From: Brevinematales bacterium
Lineage (GTDB): Bacteria; Spirochaetota; Brevinematia; Brevinematales; JAOACQ01
Direction of reading: 5' to 3'
NCBI GenBank assembly: GCA_020052515.1
Contig: JAGVOW010000034.1
Coordinates: 296-64,295, forward strand
Length of the DNA: 64,000 nucleotides
The stretch's first letter is position 1. Each line of letters begins with the position of its first letter. Both the position numbers and the translations under genes were made by a program. Positions 36,427 through 46,350 of the stretch are shown here, in pieces. A model generated the notes under the pieces. That model was not told where the DNA came from. It saw nothing but the letters and a program-made list of their open reading frames with translations, and made no database searches.

Positions 36427-38868
36427 TTATGATTTCTTTGGAATCCTCATACTGTAGAAAGATCTCCACACAAAGACAAGAGCAATGAGGAAGAACACCA
36501 TTCCCACATAAGGAGCAATAGACCGAAAACTTTGAGATATGGCAATTTCCATAGCCAGAAGGCCAAACAGAGTGGTAAATTTAATAATCGGGTTCATCGC
36601 CACTGAAGAAGTGTCCTTAAAAGGATCTCCCACTGTGTCCCCAATTACGGTCGCGTCATGTAGCGGGGTTCCTTTCTCTTTCAGATCCACTTCCACAATC
36701 TTCTTAGCATTGTCCCAGGCACCGCCGGCATTCGCCATAAAGACTGCCTGGAAAAGGCCGAATACCGCAATAGCAATCAGGTAGCTCACAAAGAAAGAGA
36801 CAGGCGCGTTGTTTACGCCCTGCGGAGAGGACAAGAAAGCAAAACCAAGCGCAAATGAAAATACCGCGATAAAGATGTTGAACATGCCCTTCTGCGCATA
36901 TTGAGTACAGATTTTCACCACTTCTTTGGAAGCAGAGGTAGAAGCTTTCTTTTCAGCGTTCGCGTCCAGTTTAATGTTTTTCTTAATATATTCCACCGCA
37001 CTGTAGGCACCGGTTGTCACAGCCTGCATAGATGCTCCGGAGAACCAGAAAATCACCGCGCCCCCGCTGATGAAACCAAGAATAGTATAAGGATTGAGCA
37101 GGTTCAAAATAGTAGCCGGATCAACACCCAGAGTGCTCTGGATTACCAAAATAAGCGAGAAAATCATCGTGGTAGCGCCTACAACGGCTGTACCGATCAG
37201 CACCGGCTTAGCAGTAGCTTTAAAAGTATTGCCCGCGCCGTCATTGAGCTCCAGAAAATGCTTCGCTCTTTCAAAATCCGGCTTGAAGCCAAATTCTTTT
37301 TCAATTTCAGGAGAAGAAGTTTTTTTATTTTCTTCAATCAAAGAAAGCTCATAAACGGACTGCGCGTTGTCTGTCACCGGCCCATAGCTGTCCACCGCTA
37401 TGGTCACAGGACCCATCCCCAGGAATCCGAAAGCGACCAATCCAAAAGCAAAAATGGATGGGAAAACCATAATGCCGCCCAGGCCCATTAAGCTTGCAAA
37501 ATAAGCGATGGCCATCAAAACCACGATGACCAGGCCGATCCAGAAAGCAGAAAAATTTCCAGAAACCAGACCGGAAAGAATAGTCAGAGACGCTCCGCCT
37601 TCACGGGAAGCGGTAACCACTTCTTTCACATGCTTGGAACTAGGAGACGTAAAAATCTTAGTAAATTCCGGAATCAAAGCGGCCCCAACTGTACCGCAGG
37701 AAATAATAATAGAAAGAATCAGCCAGAGATTATTTGGAAGGCTGGAAAGCTGCCAGTAGCTCACCATAAAAGTCATAGCAATCGAAAGAATCGAAGTAAT
37801 CCAGATCAGATTAGTCAGGGGCTTTTCATAATCGATTATTTCTTTTTTGCCGTAAACGAGATTGCTCACAAAGCCATTGATCCAATAAGCGATAATGGAG
37901 GTCACAATCATCAGCACGCGCATCACAAAGATCCAGGTCAATAACTTGATCTGCGCATCGGCTTTCAGCAGCTCTGCATTGCCAGTCACACCCAGAAGAA
38001 TAAAGCTTACCAGAGCCACGCCAGTCACACCATAGGTTTCAAAGCCGTCAGCGGTTGGGCCGACAGAGTCGCCGGCGTTGTCGCCGGTACAGTCAGCGAT
38101 AACGCCAGGATTGCGGGGATCATCTTCTTTTATCTTGAAAACTACTTTCATCAGGTCAGACCCAATGTCGGCAATTTTTGTAAAAATACCTCCGGCAACA
38201 CGAAGAGCCGAAGCGCCAAGAGATTCACCGATCGCAAACCCTATAAAACAATAACCGGCAAGATTGCCAGGAATGAAGAGCAAAATAAAAAGCATAATAA
38301 TCAGCTCGATACTGACAAGCATCACTCCGATGGACATACCGGACTGTAGAGGAATATTGAGAAGCTTAATCGGCTTTTTTTCCAACGCCGCAAAAGCAGT
38401 TCTTGCGTTTGCCAATGTATTCATGCGGATGCCAAACCAGGCCACACCGTAGGAACCGAGAATACCAATGACTGAAAAAGCAAGAATAATCAGCACATTA
38501 GTCATGGTAAACTGTCTCAGAAAACCAAAGTAGAAAGCAATACAAAGAGCGATAAAAATTTCGAGAATAATGAGAAATTTTCCCTGCTGAACCAGATAGG
38601 TTTTACAGGTTTCGAAAATCAGATTTCCGATGTCCTTCATTGACTTATGAACCTTGAGGCCTTTCACCTTCAAAAATTCATAAACACCAAATAGCATACC
38701 CAGAACACAAATTACAATACCGATTAATAAAAGATTATAACTGGTTGGACTGTCTTTTAAAGCTGGCACGACCAAGTCTGCTTCACTTGCCATGAGCGGC
38801 GAAGCGATAAGAACCATGACGACGGAAAGGATCGCTTTTCCTATTCCATTGAAAAACTTCGATGGCAT
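36427..38868 (-). CDS. hppA: Membrane-bound proton-translocating pyrophosphatase, predicted K+-independent
   Basis: GDNAGDSVGPTADGFETY, GGAWDNAKK and DTVGDPFKDTS motifs. Lys in GNTFKA occupies the position that distinguishes K+-independent enzymes. 813 aa. Confidence 0.93.
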   Translation of the reverse strand: MPSKFFNGIGKAILSVVMVLIASPLMASEADLVVPALKDSPTSYNLLLIGIVICVLGMLFGVYEFLKVKGLKVHKSMKDIGNLIFETCKTYLVQQGKFLIILEIFIALCIAFYFGFLRQFTMTNVLIILAFSVIGILGSYGVAWFGIRMNTLANARTAFAALEKKPIKLLNIPLQSGMSIGVMLVSIELIIMLFILLFIPGNLAGYCFIGFAIGESLGASALRVAGGIFTKIADIGSDLMKVVFKIKEDDPRNPGVIADCTGDNAGDSVGPTADGFETYGVTGVALVSFILLGVTGNAELLKADAQIKLLTWIFVMRVLMIVTSIIAYWINGFVSNLVYGKKEIIDYEKPLTNLIWITSILSIAMTFMVSYWQLSSLPNNLWLILSIIISCGTVGAALIPEFTKIFTSPSSKHVKEVVTASREGGASLTILSGLVSGNFSAFWIGLVIVVLMAIAYFASLMGLGGIMVFPSIFAFGLVAFGFLGMGPVTIAVDSYGPVTDNAQSVYELSLIEENKKTSSPEIEKEFGFKPDFERAKHFLELNDGAGNTFKATAKPVLIGTAVVGATTMIFSLILVIQSTLGVDPATILNLLNPYTILGFISGGAVIFWFSGASMQAVTTGAYSAVEYIKKNIKLDANAEKKASTSASKEVVKICTQYAQKGMFNIFIAVFSFALGFAFLSSPQGVNNAPVSFFVSYLIAIAVFGLFQAVFMANAGGAWDNAKKIVEVDLKEKGTPLHDATVIGDTVGDPFKDTSSVAMNPIIKFTTLFGLLAMEIAISQSFRSIAPYVGMVFFLIALVFVWRSFYSMRIPKKS

Positions 38869-38897
38869 TTCATCCTCCTTATATTTAGATAATTAAA

Positions 38898-38926
38898 ATT
38901 TTAGAAAGCAAGATATTCTAAAGCAA
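38898..38926 (-). promoter_or_regulatory. Sigma70-type promoter of hppA
   Basis: Minus strand reads TTGCTT, 17 nt, TAAAAT, about 30 nt upstream of the ATG. Confidence 0.65.
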
Positions 38927-38980
38927 TTTTCGATTTATCACAAAAAAAATAAACTAGTTAATACTTAATTCTACTTAAAT

Positions 38981-39009
38981 TTGCTTTTAAGAAACATTTT
39001 TTGTATAAT
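38981..39009 (+). promoter_or_regulatory. Sigma70-type promoter (extended -10) of the GH13-like gene
   Basis: TTGCTT, 17 nt ending in TG, then TATAAT (tgtataat). Confidence 0.65.
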
Positions 39010-39062
39010 AAAAAGAGTTAGTGGGAGGGGTTCTAAACTAAAATATTTTTTGGGGGTAAGTC

Positions 39063-40103
39063 ATGGGGGAAAATCCTGCTAACGCTCTTCATATGCCGGA
39101 ACACGTTGACATCTACTCAAATGATACGGTTTATTTAAAAGCTGTCATTGACAAAAGCATGTTTAAGAACGCTAAGCTCATTCTTACGATTCATGACATT
39201 CCAAAAGCCATACCAGGGTATGTGCTCTATTGGGATGAAAGCCATTCTTATTTTCTTTTCAAATTTCAGAACAGCGCTATGATTGATAGTTTTCTTTATT
39301 ATTTTGAGCTGATGAAAGTAGGTGGTGGTTCCTCTTACCTGGGTTCTAACGGTATGACGAATTCCGAATGGGAAGTCAATCATTTTGAATATCAGGTTGT
39401 AGACAATGTTCTAGACAATTCCGGCTGGATCCAGAATGAGTCTTTTCTTCCGCTTTCTATAGAAGACGATACGGAAAGAATCAGACAGGCTGCTCATGAT
39501 TTTTTTGCTAAAAGAAGCATTTCAGCGGAGGAATTTGTTAAAAGAATAGGCCGGCATGTGTTTCATTACCCTATGCATATCAATTTTTCCGCTTTGAAAC
39601 TTTTCAGTAATGAAGATAAAAAAAATTTTTATGACATTACCGAGAAAGAAGTAGTAAGGCTCAAATTAGCATTGTCGTTTCAATTCACCTACTTAGGATC
39701 ACCCGATAGTTTATTAGAAGAAGAGGAAAAAAAGGCTTTGTCATCCTCGCCTTCTGAAAGTAAGTCTACGTCCAGTGTAAAAAAACAAAATATTGCCTCA
39801 GAGATAGAAAATACCTATAATTTGCTGGCCCAAATCAGAAAAGATAATAAAATACTGGAACAAGGCGACTTCCGGTTTATTTTTGCGAAAGACGGAGTGA
39901 TAGGGTTTGAAAGATTCTTAAAGGATCAAAAATTGGCTGTTTTTATTAATAATTCTGATAAGAGCACCCATATTGACGTAACTGAAATCTTTGGAAATGG
40001 GGATTTTGTAGATATTTCTAAAAACCACCCCTTGAAAAGGAAAAAAACCTACACTCTGTATGAAAATGATTTTGTGATCCTCAAAAAGATAAAAGACCGT
40101 TAA
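39063..40103 (+). CDS. GH13 (neopullulanase/cyclomaltodextrinase)-like protein apparently lacking the catalytic barrel
   Basis: The N-terminus resembles the alpha-amylase N-domain (FLYYFELMKVGGGSSYLGSNG). The C-terminus resembles the GH13 C-domain (IRKDNKILEQGDFRFIFAKDGVIGFERF...LAVFINNSDKSTHIDV). Only about 150 aa lie between them. Confidence 0.6.
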   Translation: MGENPANALHMPEHVDIYSNDTVYLKAVIDKSMFKNAKLILTIHDIPKAIPGYVLYWDESHSYFLFKFQNSAMIDSFLYYFELMKVGGGSSYLGSNGMTNSEWEVNHFEYQVVDNVLDNSGWIQNESFLPLSIEDDTERIRQAAHDFFAKRSISAEEFVKRIGRHVFHYPMHINFSALKLFSNEDKKNFYDITEKEVVRLKLALSFQFTYLGSPDSLLEEEEKKALSSSPSESKSTSSVKKQNIASEIENTYNLLAQIRKDNKILEQGDFRFIFAKDGVIGFERFLKDQKLAVFINNSDKSTHIDVTEIFGNGDFVDISKNHPLKRKKTYTLYENDFVILKKIKDR

Positions 40104-41116
40104 GAGTTTCGAATCTCTTTATCCTCAGCTTCTTTATATTTCCTATAAATGGCCTTTTTGAGATCAGAAAGGCCATCTCCGTTTAGAGCCGAGATGAAAT
40201 GTACTTCTTGAGGTAGTTTTTTGAAAAGGCCCATTATCGCTTCTTTTTCCGCGCTGTCAAACATCAAATCCATTTTATTGACCGCTATCATAAAATTGCG
40301 CTGATACAAGTTTTGAGAATACTTCTGAAGCTCATTTTGAAGCACCTCAAACCTTTTTTGCGGCTCATCCGCAGCGTCTAGAATGTAAAGAATCAGCTTT
40401 GTCCTTTCAATATGCTTTAGAAATTCAATCCCTAAGCCTTTGCCTTGATGCGCTCCTTCAATCAATCCTGGAATATCCGCAATAAGGATGCTGGTATAAG
40501 CGTCATCAATCGTCATAACCCCAATATTCGGCTTTAAGGTCGTAAAAGGATAATTGGCAATCTTTGGCCGTGCATTGGTGATTTTTGATACCAATGTGGA
40601 TTTACCGGCATTTGGATAGCCTACCAATCCCACATGGGCAATCATTTTAAGTTCTAAAAGAAGGTTTTTTCCCTCCCCTGGAAGGCCCTTCTGTGCATAA
40701 TGGGGAGTCTGATTTGTGGCGCTCTTAAACCAGACATTGCCGCGGCCGCCTTTTCCCCCGACTGCGGCTTTAAAGACAGAAAATTCCTCGGTCAGATCAG
40801 CGAACACTTCTTTTGTATCCTTATCATAGACTAAAGTTCCGGGCGGCACTTCAATGACGCAATCCGTTCCTTTTTTCCCGTACATTTTCTTGGCCATTCC
40901 TTTTCCGCCGTCTTCAGCCTTAAATTTTTGATTATTATGAATATGAGAAAGTGTCCGAAGATGCTGGTTGATCTGAATGAGAACACTGCCGCCGTCACCG
41001 CCGTCACCGCCATCCGGGCCGCCCCTCGGAATGTATTTTTCTCTCCGGAAGGTAACTGCTCCGGCGCCGCCTTTGCCGGCTTTTATTTCTATTTCTACTT
41101 CGTCTTTAAAAATCAT
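40100..41116 (-). CDS. obg: GTPase Obg/CgtA
   Basis: MIFKDEVEIEIKAGKGGAGAVTFRREKY, GGDGGDGG and the G domain GYPNAGKST. ATG 41116 overlaps the upstream stop (ATGA). Confidence 0.95.
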   Translation of the reverse strand: MIFKDEVEIEIKAGKGGAGAVTFRREKYIPRGGPDGGDGGDGGSVLIQINQHLRTLSHIHNNQKFKAEDGGKGMAKKMYGKKGTDCVIEVPPGTLVYDKDTKEVFADLTEEFSVFKAAVGGKGGRGNVWFKSATNQTPHYAQKGLPGEGKNLLLELKMIAHVGLVGYPNAGKSTLVSKITNARPKIANYPFTTLKPNIGVMTIDDAYTSILIADIPGLIEGAHQGKGLGIEFLKHIERTKLILYILDAADEPQKRFEVLQNELQKYSQNLYQRNFMIAVNKMDLMFDSAEKEAIMGLFKKLPQEVHFISALNGDGLSDLKKAIYRKYKEAEDKEIRNS

Positions 41117-42174
41117 CTTGTATTCTCTATCAAAAATTCTTTTGAAATCAACTCGATCCATTCATCTGACTTTTTTGAATAACTACGATCAGGAAATTGC
41201 TCTTTTAATTTTTGAAAAACTTCCAGCGCTTTTTTCTTCTGGTTCATTTCATATAATACAAGGCCTTTCTTATAAAACACCAATTCGTTTTGTGAAGAAC
41301 TGTTAACCATTGCCCGATTAAGGTAAGAAAGGGCATGAGCGTATTCTTTCTTTGTGTTATAAATATCCACTATTTCAATACACGCTTTTTCAGAAGAAGG
41401 ATCCCTGGGAAACAAAAATACGACATTGGAAAGATAATTCAATGCTTCTGAATAAGATTTAGCTTCTTCCAATTTTTCCGCATAATAAAGTGATTGCTTT
41501 AAAAAAGCCGACTTCACGGCTTCAAAATAAACCCCTTTAGGATAAGCGTTAAAAAAATTCAAGTATTCCCGGATAGCCCCCGGATAATCGCCTTTCTCAA
41601 TATAAACCCTTGACTGTCCTATAATAGATAGTTCACCGGACCCTTGACTGAAATACTTCAAGGCACCTTGATAATCCTTACCGTACAAATAAAGATAACC
41701 CAGATAGTTTGCTATTTCACTTCTTTTGGCTTCATTCGCCTTGATAAAAGCACTTTCTAAATAATTTACCGCGGCTGTATCATACGCTTCTGTTTCTCTG
41801 GCTACTTTTCCCAGGACAATTGCCGCATCAGAGTAATCTAAGGCATCTATTTCTTTGCTATCAAATATCTCCCGCAGATATTTTCTCGTTCTATCAAAAT
41901 CTTTTTTTTGTAAAAAGGATTCAGCCATTTTAATGAGAATTTTGTTTTTATTCTTACTTTGAGGGTAATTAAATAAAAAATCTGACCCTAGTTCAAGAAC
42001 TTTATTATAATCAGATACTTCATAGGAAATGCTTATTCTCCTGAGATTCTTTTCTTCATTCTTGAAAAAAGAAAAGATTGATTGATCAACAAAATTAAAA
42101 TAGGAAATAGCAATGATAACCACAGCTAAAAAAAACAATGCTAATAAAGCGATTGTTCTCTCAAAAGAACTCAT
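41113..42174 (-). CDS. TPR-repeat protein with N-terminal membrane anchor
   Basis: TM segment ALLALFFLAVVIIAISYF followed by multiple TPR-like repeats. Translationally coupled to obg. Confidence 0.75.
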   Translation of the reverse strand: MSSFERTIALLALFFLAVVIIAISYFNFVDQSIFSFFKNEEKNLRRISISYEVSDYNKVLELGSDFLFNYPQSKNKNKILIKMAESFLQKKDFDRTRKYLREIFDSKEIDALDYSDAAIVLGKVARETEAYDTAAVNYLESAFIKANEAKRSEIANYLGYLYLYGKDYQGALKYFSQGSGELSIIGQSRVYIEKGDYPGAIREYLNFFNAYPKGVYFEAVKSAFLKQSLYYAEKLEEAKSYSEALNYLSNVVFLFPRDPSSEKACIEIVDIYNTKKEYAHALSYLNRAMVNSSSQNELVFYKKGLVLYEMNQKKKALEVFQKLKEQFPDRSYSKKSDEWIELISKEFLIENTR

Positions 42175-42270
42175 ATGTCCTACCTAATTAAAACAAAAAT
42201 CATTTTCAAAACCTTATAACAACTCTAAAACTAAGTCAAGATACCTTATTTCACTCAGAATGACAGCCTT

Positions 42271-42299
42271 TTGACAGTTTTTAGAACTACCCTTATAAT
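42271..42299 (+). promoter_or_regulatory. Consensus sigma70 promoter inside the 413-bp intergenic region
   Basis: TTGACA, 17 nt, TATAAT (12/12 match). The -10 hexamer ends 288 nt upstream of the next ATG (42588). Confidence 0.75.
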
Positions 42300-42587
42300 A
42301 TTTTCGGTACAAGAAAAGCTTTACTTGAAGAAGCTGGAATTACTGATCTGTATTTTTTTGTGCTTTAGTTTTGTTTATCCTGTGCGTTTGTTATGAGTAA
42401 TTTTGTTCGTTTTACTTTTTTGCCGTTTTTTAGGTCTGTGTGAGCGATTTTTATACAATTACTAAACTAAAAAAACCATTTTTGCACAAAAATTTAGATA
42501 GTTAATTCTATTTATAATAAACAATTAACAATTACTTACATTCAATTTATTTATTACTACTAAGTACGACTAATAAAAGGGGTTAAA

Positions 42588-43631
42588 ATGAATATAAAAA
42601 AAATAATAGAAAGTAAAGAAGAATTCGTGCTTTCGGAAAAAGCATCTTTCAGTTCAAAAACAAAGGGAAGAAGTAGAAAAGAAGAAAGTGATGAAACTAG
42701 AACAGAGTATATGAGAGATAGAGACAGAATTGTACATAGTGAAGCTTTTAGAAGATTAAAACATAAAACACAAGTATTTTTATCCCCGACTAATGATTTG
42801 TTCAGGACAAGATTAACGCATACTTTAGAAGTTTCTCAAATTGCCAGAACGATTTCCAGGGCATTAAGTCTCAATGAAGATCTAACAGAAGCTATTGCCC
42901 TGGGCCATGATGTAGGCCATACTCCATTTGGACATACAGGAGAGCTGGTAATCCGGGAAGAAGCTTATCCCGATTTTAAGCACTCTGAACAAAGTGTACG
43001 AGTTTTAGAAAATTTAGAAAAGAATAGAAAGGGATTAAACCTGACCAGTGAAGTACTCGACGGCATTAGAAAACATTCTAAAACCTGGAAAGACCATATT
43101 ATGCCTGAAAGTAGTGATGATTTTTCTTTGACTTTAGAAGGAGAAGTAGTTAGAATCTCAGATACGATAGCTTATGTAAACCATGATGTGGATGATGCGG
43201 TAAAATCAGAAATACTTCATGAAGAAGATTTACCAATGGATTGTCAGAAAATATTGGGTAAAAAACATTCTGAGAGAATTGATACTCTGGTAAAAAGTGT
43301 GATACACAATAGCCTTGATTTGGACCATGTTGTTATGGATAAAGAAGTTTTAAATGCTGTTGAAAAATTAAGGGATTTTTTACATGCTCATGTTTACAAG
43401 CACCCTGTTATTCAAAATGAAATGGAAAAAGCAAAAAATATATTGTATGAATTGTACTATTTCCTGAAAAAAAATATGGATATAGTCCATCAAATGCTAA
43501 ATTTGGTTAATTATACTTCCGATGAAGATGAAAAAAGAGCCCTGGTGGATTTTGTTGCTCTTATGACAGATACAGAAGCTATAAAGCTTTATTATAAACA
43601 TTTTATACCAAAATCTTTTTATCTTTTATAG
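42588..43631 (+). CDS. dGTP triphosphohydrolase-like HD-domain phosphohydrolase
   Basis: RDRDRIVHSEAFRRLKHKTQV, RLTHTLEVSQIAR and HDVGHTPFGH motifs. Confidence 0.9.
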   Translation: MNIKKIIESKEEFVLSEKASFSSKTKGRSRKEESDETRTEYMRDRDRIVHSEAFRRLKHKTQVFLSPTNDLFRTRLTHTLEVSQIARTISRALSLNEDLTEAIALGHDVGHTPFGHTGELVIREEAYPDFKHSEQSVRVLENLEKNRKGLNLTSEVLDGIRKHSKTWKDHIMPESSDDFSLTLEGEVVRISDTIAYVNHDVDDAVKSEILHEEDLPMDCQKILGKKHSERIDTLVKSVIHNSLDLDHVVMDKEVLNAVEKLRDFLHAHVYKHPVIQNEMEKAKNILYELYYFLKKNMDIVHQMLNLVNYTSDEDEKRALVDFVALMTDTEAIKLYYKHFIPKSFYLL

Positions 43632-43646
43632 ATTACAAAGGAGATT

Positions 43647-45785
43647 ATGAACATTTATTTTTATATTTTTTGGTTCACTTTAAGCGTTCTATTTATTTTC
43701 ATTGTTTTTGGTGTCGATTACGTTCGAAATGTTTATAAATTAGAGGTATTAATAGAAAAAATATTCAGGAATTTTTTAAGGATTGAGAAGACTTCTATTG
43801 ATTTCTCAAAAAATTTTTATAACTATTTGTGCCATGAAATTATGAAGGAATTTTTTGCGAAAGCAGTCTTTTTCTTTACCGCGGACGGAAAGAAAATCAA
43901 GCTGGAATCGATATCCAGTCAGGATATGGAAAGCCTGGATAAAATCATTTTTTCTCAACTAAAAGTGAATTTGAAAAGTGAATTTGAGATAAATAAGAAA
44001 TTCATTTTTGGCAAAATAAAAAAGGGTGAGCTGAGTAAAGAAATATTAAAAGAATTCTTTATAAATAAAGGCATTGCCCTCATCCTGCCGCTTTATCAAA
44101 ATAAGAAACTTTACGCGTTTTTTATCTTTCTCTTTGGTGATATCTTTTCCTATTTTAACGCTTCACGCTTGTCCTCTATGAACAGCAGAAAATTAAAAGA
44201 GGTTATATTAGATATTATAGCTGTCATCAAAGAAAGGCACCAGAATATTAATATGCTTATTATGGGCAGTATAAAGGACTACGCTTTTATTACGGTGGAC
44301 ACGGAACTGCATATAACTTCCTGGAATAAAGGCGCGGAAATGATGTTTGGGTATGATCCTATTGAGGTGGTAAACAAAAAAATAACAGATTTTATTGATC
44401 CGGAATCACTGGATGCTTTTTATGAATCCATAACAAAATTAGAGAGAACCGGAGAGGTAAAGATATTTATTAAAACCAGAGATTATAATCGGACCCAGCT
44501 TATTTCAGAAATGGTAATGAAAAGAGTGGTAATAGAAGACATTTATACAGGTATTTACCTGGTTATCAAAGATATCACTAAAGAAGAGATATGGAAAAAC
44601 AATCTCAGACAGCAAGCTATGATCAATAAAAGTATTGTTGAAAACGCGAGAGATATTATTCTTCTTCTGAACGAAGAGAATAGAATTATCTTTTTGAATG
44701 AAAAGATATACAAAATTATTGATCCCGCTGTTTCTTGCATAGGGAGAATGGTTACAGACATCTTTCCGCTGAGCTACAGTCAGAAGATAAAAGAAAAAAT
44801 TGATGAAGTGAAAAACAGCGAAATAGAATTGTCATTTTTAAATATAAAGATACTGGATACCTGGTACAACGTACGCTTTTTCCCTATAAAAAGCGAGGGT
44901 ATTTTTAAAGGTGTGATTATTTTCTTTATTGATAATACTTATTTGATGAAAACCAGGGAAAAAGTGGAGGAAATGAACGCCAGCCTGATCGAAAACCTGA
45001 GAACGGCCAAACTGATGCATTCTACCTTGATACCGGCAGTTTTGCCCGAAAATGAAACTATCCGTTTCCAGGTGATATTTATGCCGTCGGATGAAATCGG
45101 CGGCGATTTTTACTACGTTGATGAGATCCATATCACGCAAAAATATTGTCTTCCGGGAGAGACAGAAAATGCCAATAAAAAATATTATCTGGCAATGATA
45201 GCGGATGTTTCCGGGCATGGCGTAGGGGCTTCTATGCTGACTGTGCTGGTGAAAGATGTTTATAATGATTTTAAAAGCTCCCTTCAGAGTGAAGAAGATA
45301 TTGTATTAGCAAGATTTCTTCAGATGCTCAATAAAAAAATGATTAATCTGAATATGCAGGGAAGCAAGTTTGTTACGGTCATGATTGCTTTAATTGATGT
45401 GGAGGACAAGTTTATTAAGTACAGTTCAGCCGGCCACCCAAACGCGATCATTATTCGGGATGAAAGAAAGATGGATATGTTCGGGATAGAGAAATCGCCT
45501 CCAGTGGGAATTATAGAAGATTATATCTATAAAGAAGAAACTAAAAAGATAAAAGCGAAAGATAAAATATTTATTTACAGCGATGGAATACTGGATCCTT
45601 TTTCAAATGAAATGGAGCAGTTTAGAAAATTTTTGTTCACCTTGAAGAAAATGGATATTGCTGAGATGAAGCAGAATATTGAGAAAGAAATTGATATTAA
45701 AACAAAGAAAATTGAGGAAGAAGAAGGCGAGATCAGCAGTATAACCAGAGATGACATTACTGTTTTACTAGCGGAAATTTTGTAG
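43647..45785 (+). CDS. Membrane-anchored PAS-PAS-PP2C (SpoIIE/RsbU-type) protein phosphatase
   Basis: N-terminal TM, two PAS-like regions (ITSWNKGAEMMFGY), and a PP2C domain with GGDFYYV, IADVSGHGVGAS and YSDGILD. Confidence 0.88.
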   Translation: MNIYFYIFWFTLSVLFIFIVFGVDYVRNVYKLEVLIEKIFRNFLRIEKTSIDFSKNFYNYLCHEIMKEFFAKAVFFFTADGKKIKLESISSQDMESLDKIIFSQLKVNLKSEFEINKKFIFGKIKKGELSKEILKEFFINKGIALILPLYQNKKLYAFFIFLFGDIFSYFNASRLSSMNSRKLKEVILDIIAVIKERHQNINMLIMGSIKDYAFITVDTELHITSWNKGAEMMFGYDPIEVVNKKITDFIDPESLDAFYESITKLERTGEVKIFIKTRDYNRTQLISEMVMKRVVIEDIYTGIYLVIKDITKEEIWKNNLRQQAMINKSIVENARDIILLLNEENRIIFLNEKIYKIIDPAVSCIGRMVTDIFPLSYSQKIKEKIDEVKNSEIELSFLNIKILDTWYNVRFFPIKSEGIFKGVIIFFIDNTYLMKTREKVEEMNASLIENLRTAKLMHSTLIPAVLPENETIRFQVIFMPSDEIGGDFYYVDEIHITQKYCLPGETENANKKYYLAMIADVSGHGVGASMLTVLVKDVYNDFKSSLQSEEDIVLARFLQMLNKKMINLNMQGSKFVTVMIALIDVEDKFIKYSSAGHPNAIIIRDERKMDMFGIEKSPPVGIIEDYIYKEETKKIKAKDKIFIYSDGILDPFSNEMEQFRKFLFTLKKMDIAEMKQNIEKEIDIKTKKIEEEEGEISSITRDDITVLLAEIL

Positions 45786-45799
45786 TTACTTGAGGTAAG

Positions 45800-46312
45800 A
45801 TGAAAGTTGCTCAAGCTATTGTTTCTAAGATGGAAAACCGTTTTTCAGAAATGACTCTCGAAGAAATTCAGGAAGTAAAATCTGTCTATCAGCAGGACAA
45901 TAAGTTTTTTATCCGGTGGATGGAAGAGCTTCTTTCTAAAATCAAAAAAAAAGAGGATATTGAAAAATTTATCTTTTATATCAGCCAGCTGAAATCCGAA
46001 TTTTTGGAAATAGCCCCCTTTTTGTCCCGTCAGCTCAATCGCATTTTTGTGCTTATGCTTAAAAACAATTCTTACAGGGCCGTTGCGGAAAGCGTTTCTT
46101 TACTGGAAAGCTGCGCCAATGTCCGTATCCTGGAAATATTGGATGAGTTTACAAAAAATAAAAGCGCGCTGAAATTTCTTTCTTCCGTCGAAATATACAA
46201 GTTGAAAAAAATAACTTATCAGCTTGCTCAAAAATTTGAGAAAACCGATATCGCTTATCAAATTCAATTAGAACTGGAAAATGAAGATTTGAAATGGATC
46301 GATCATTTATAA
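45800..46312 (+). CDS. Hypothetical helical protein
   Basis: 170 aa with a gaggtaag RBS, 14 nt after the phosphatase gene. I recognise no family. Confidence 0.6.
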   Translation: MKVAQAIVSKMENRFSEMTLEEIQEVKSVYQQDNKFFIRWMEELLSKIKKKEDIEKFIFYISQLKSEFLEIAPFLSRQLNRIFVLMLKNNSYRAVAESVSLLESCANVRILEILDEFTKNKSALKFLSSVEIYKLKKITYQLAQKFEKTDIAYQIQLELENEDLKWIDHL

Positions 46313-46320
46313 GTATTAAT

Positions 46321-46350
46321 CCCCCTGGAAAAGGGGGCCGGGGGGATTTT
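46321..46350. repeat. C5-hairpin-G5 repeat element CCCCCTGGAAAAGGGGG-CCG-GGGGGATTTT
   Basis: Same architecture and same attaat prefix as 24898-24927. Abuts the TTG start of the ttcA-like gene. Confidence 0.75.

Noticed and set aside
40986-41020. GC-rich tandem repeat gccgccgtcaccgccgtcaccgcc
   Set aside because: It lies inside obg and encodes the conserved glycine-rich GGDGGDGG motif of the Obg fold, so it is not an independent repeat element.
42175-42587. The AT-rich 413-bp intergenic region as a replication origin, given the nearby par, dnaB and ssb genes
   Set aside because: I found no cluster of DnaA boxes (TTATCCACA or its reverse complement), only isolated 2-mismatch matches. The region is also not next to dnaA or dnaN.
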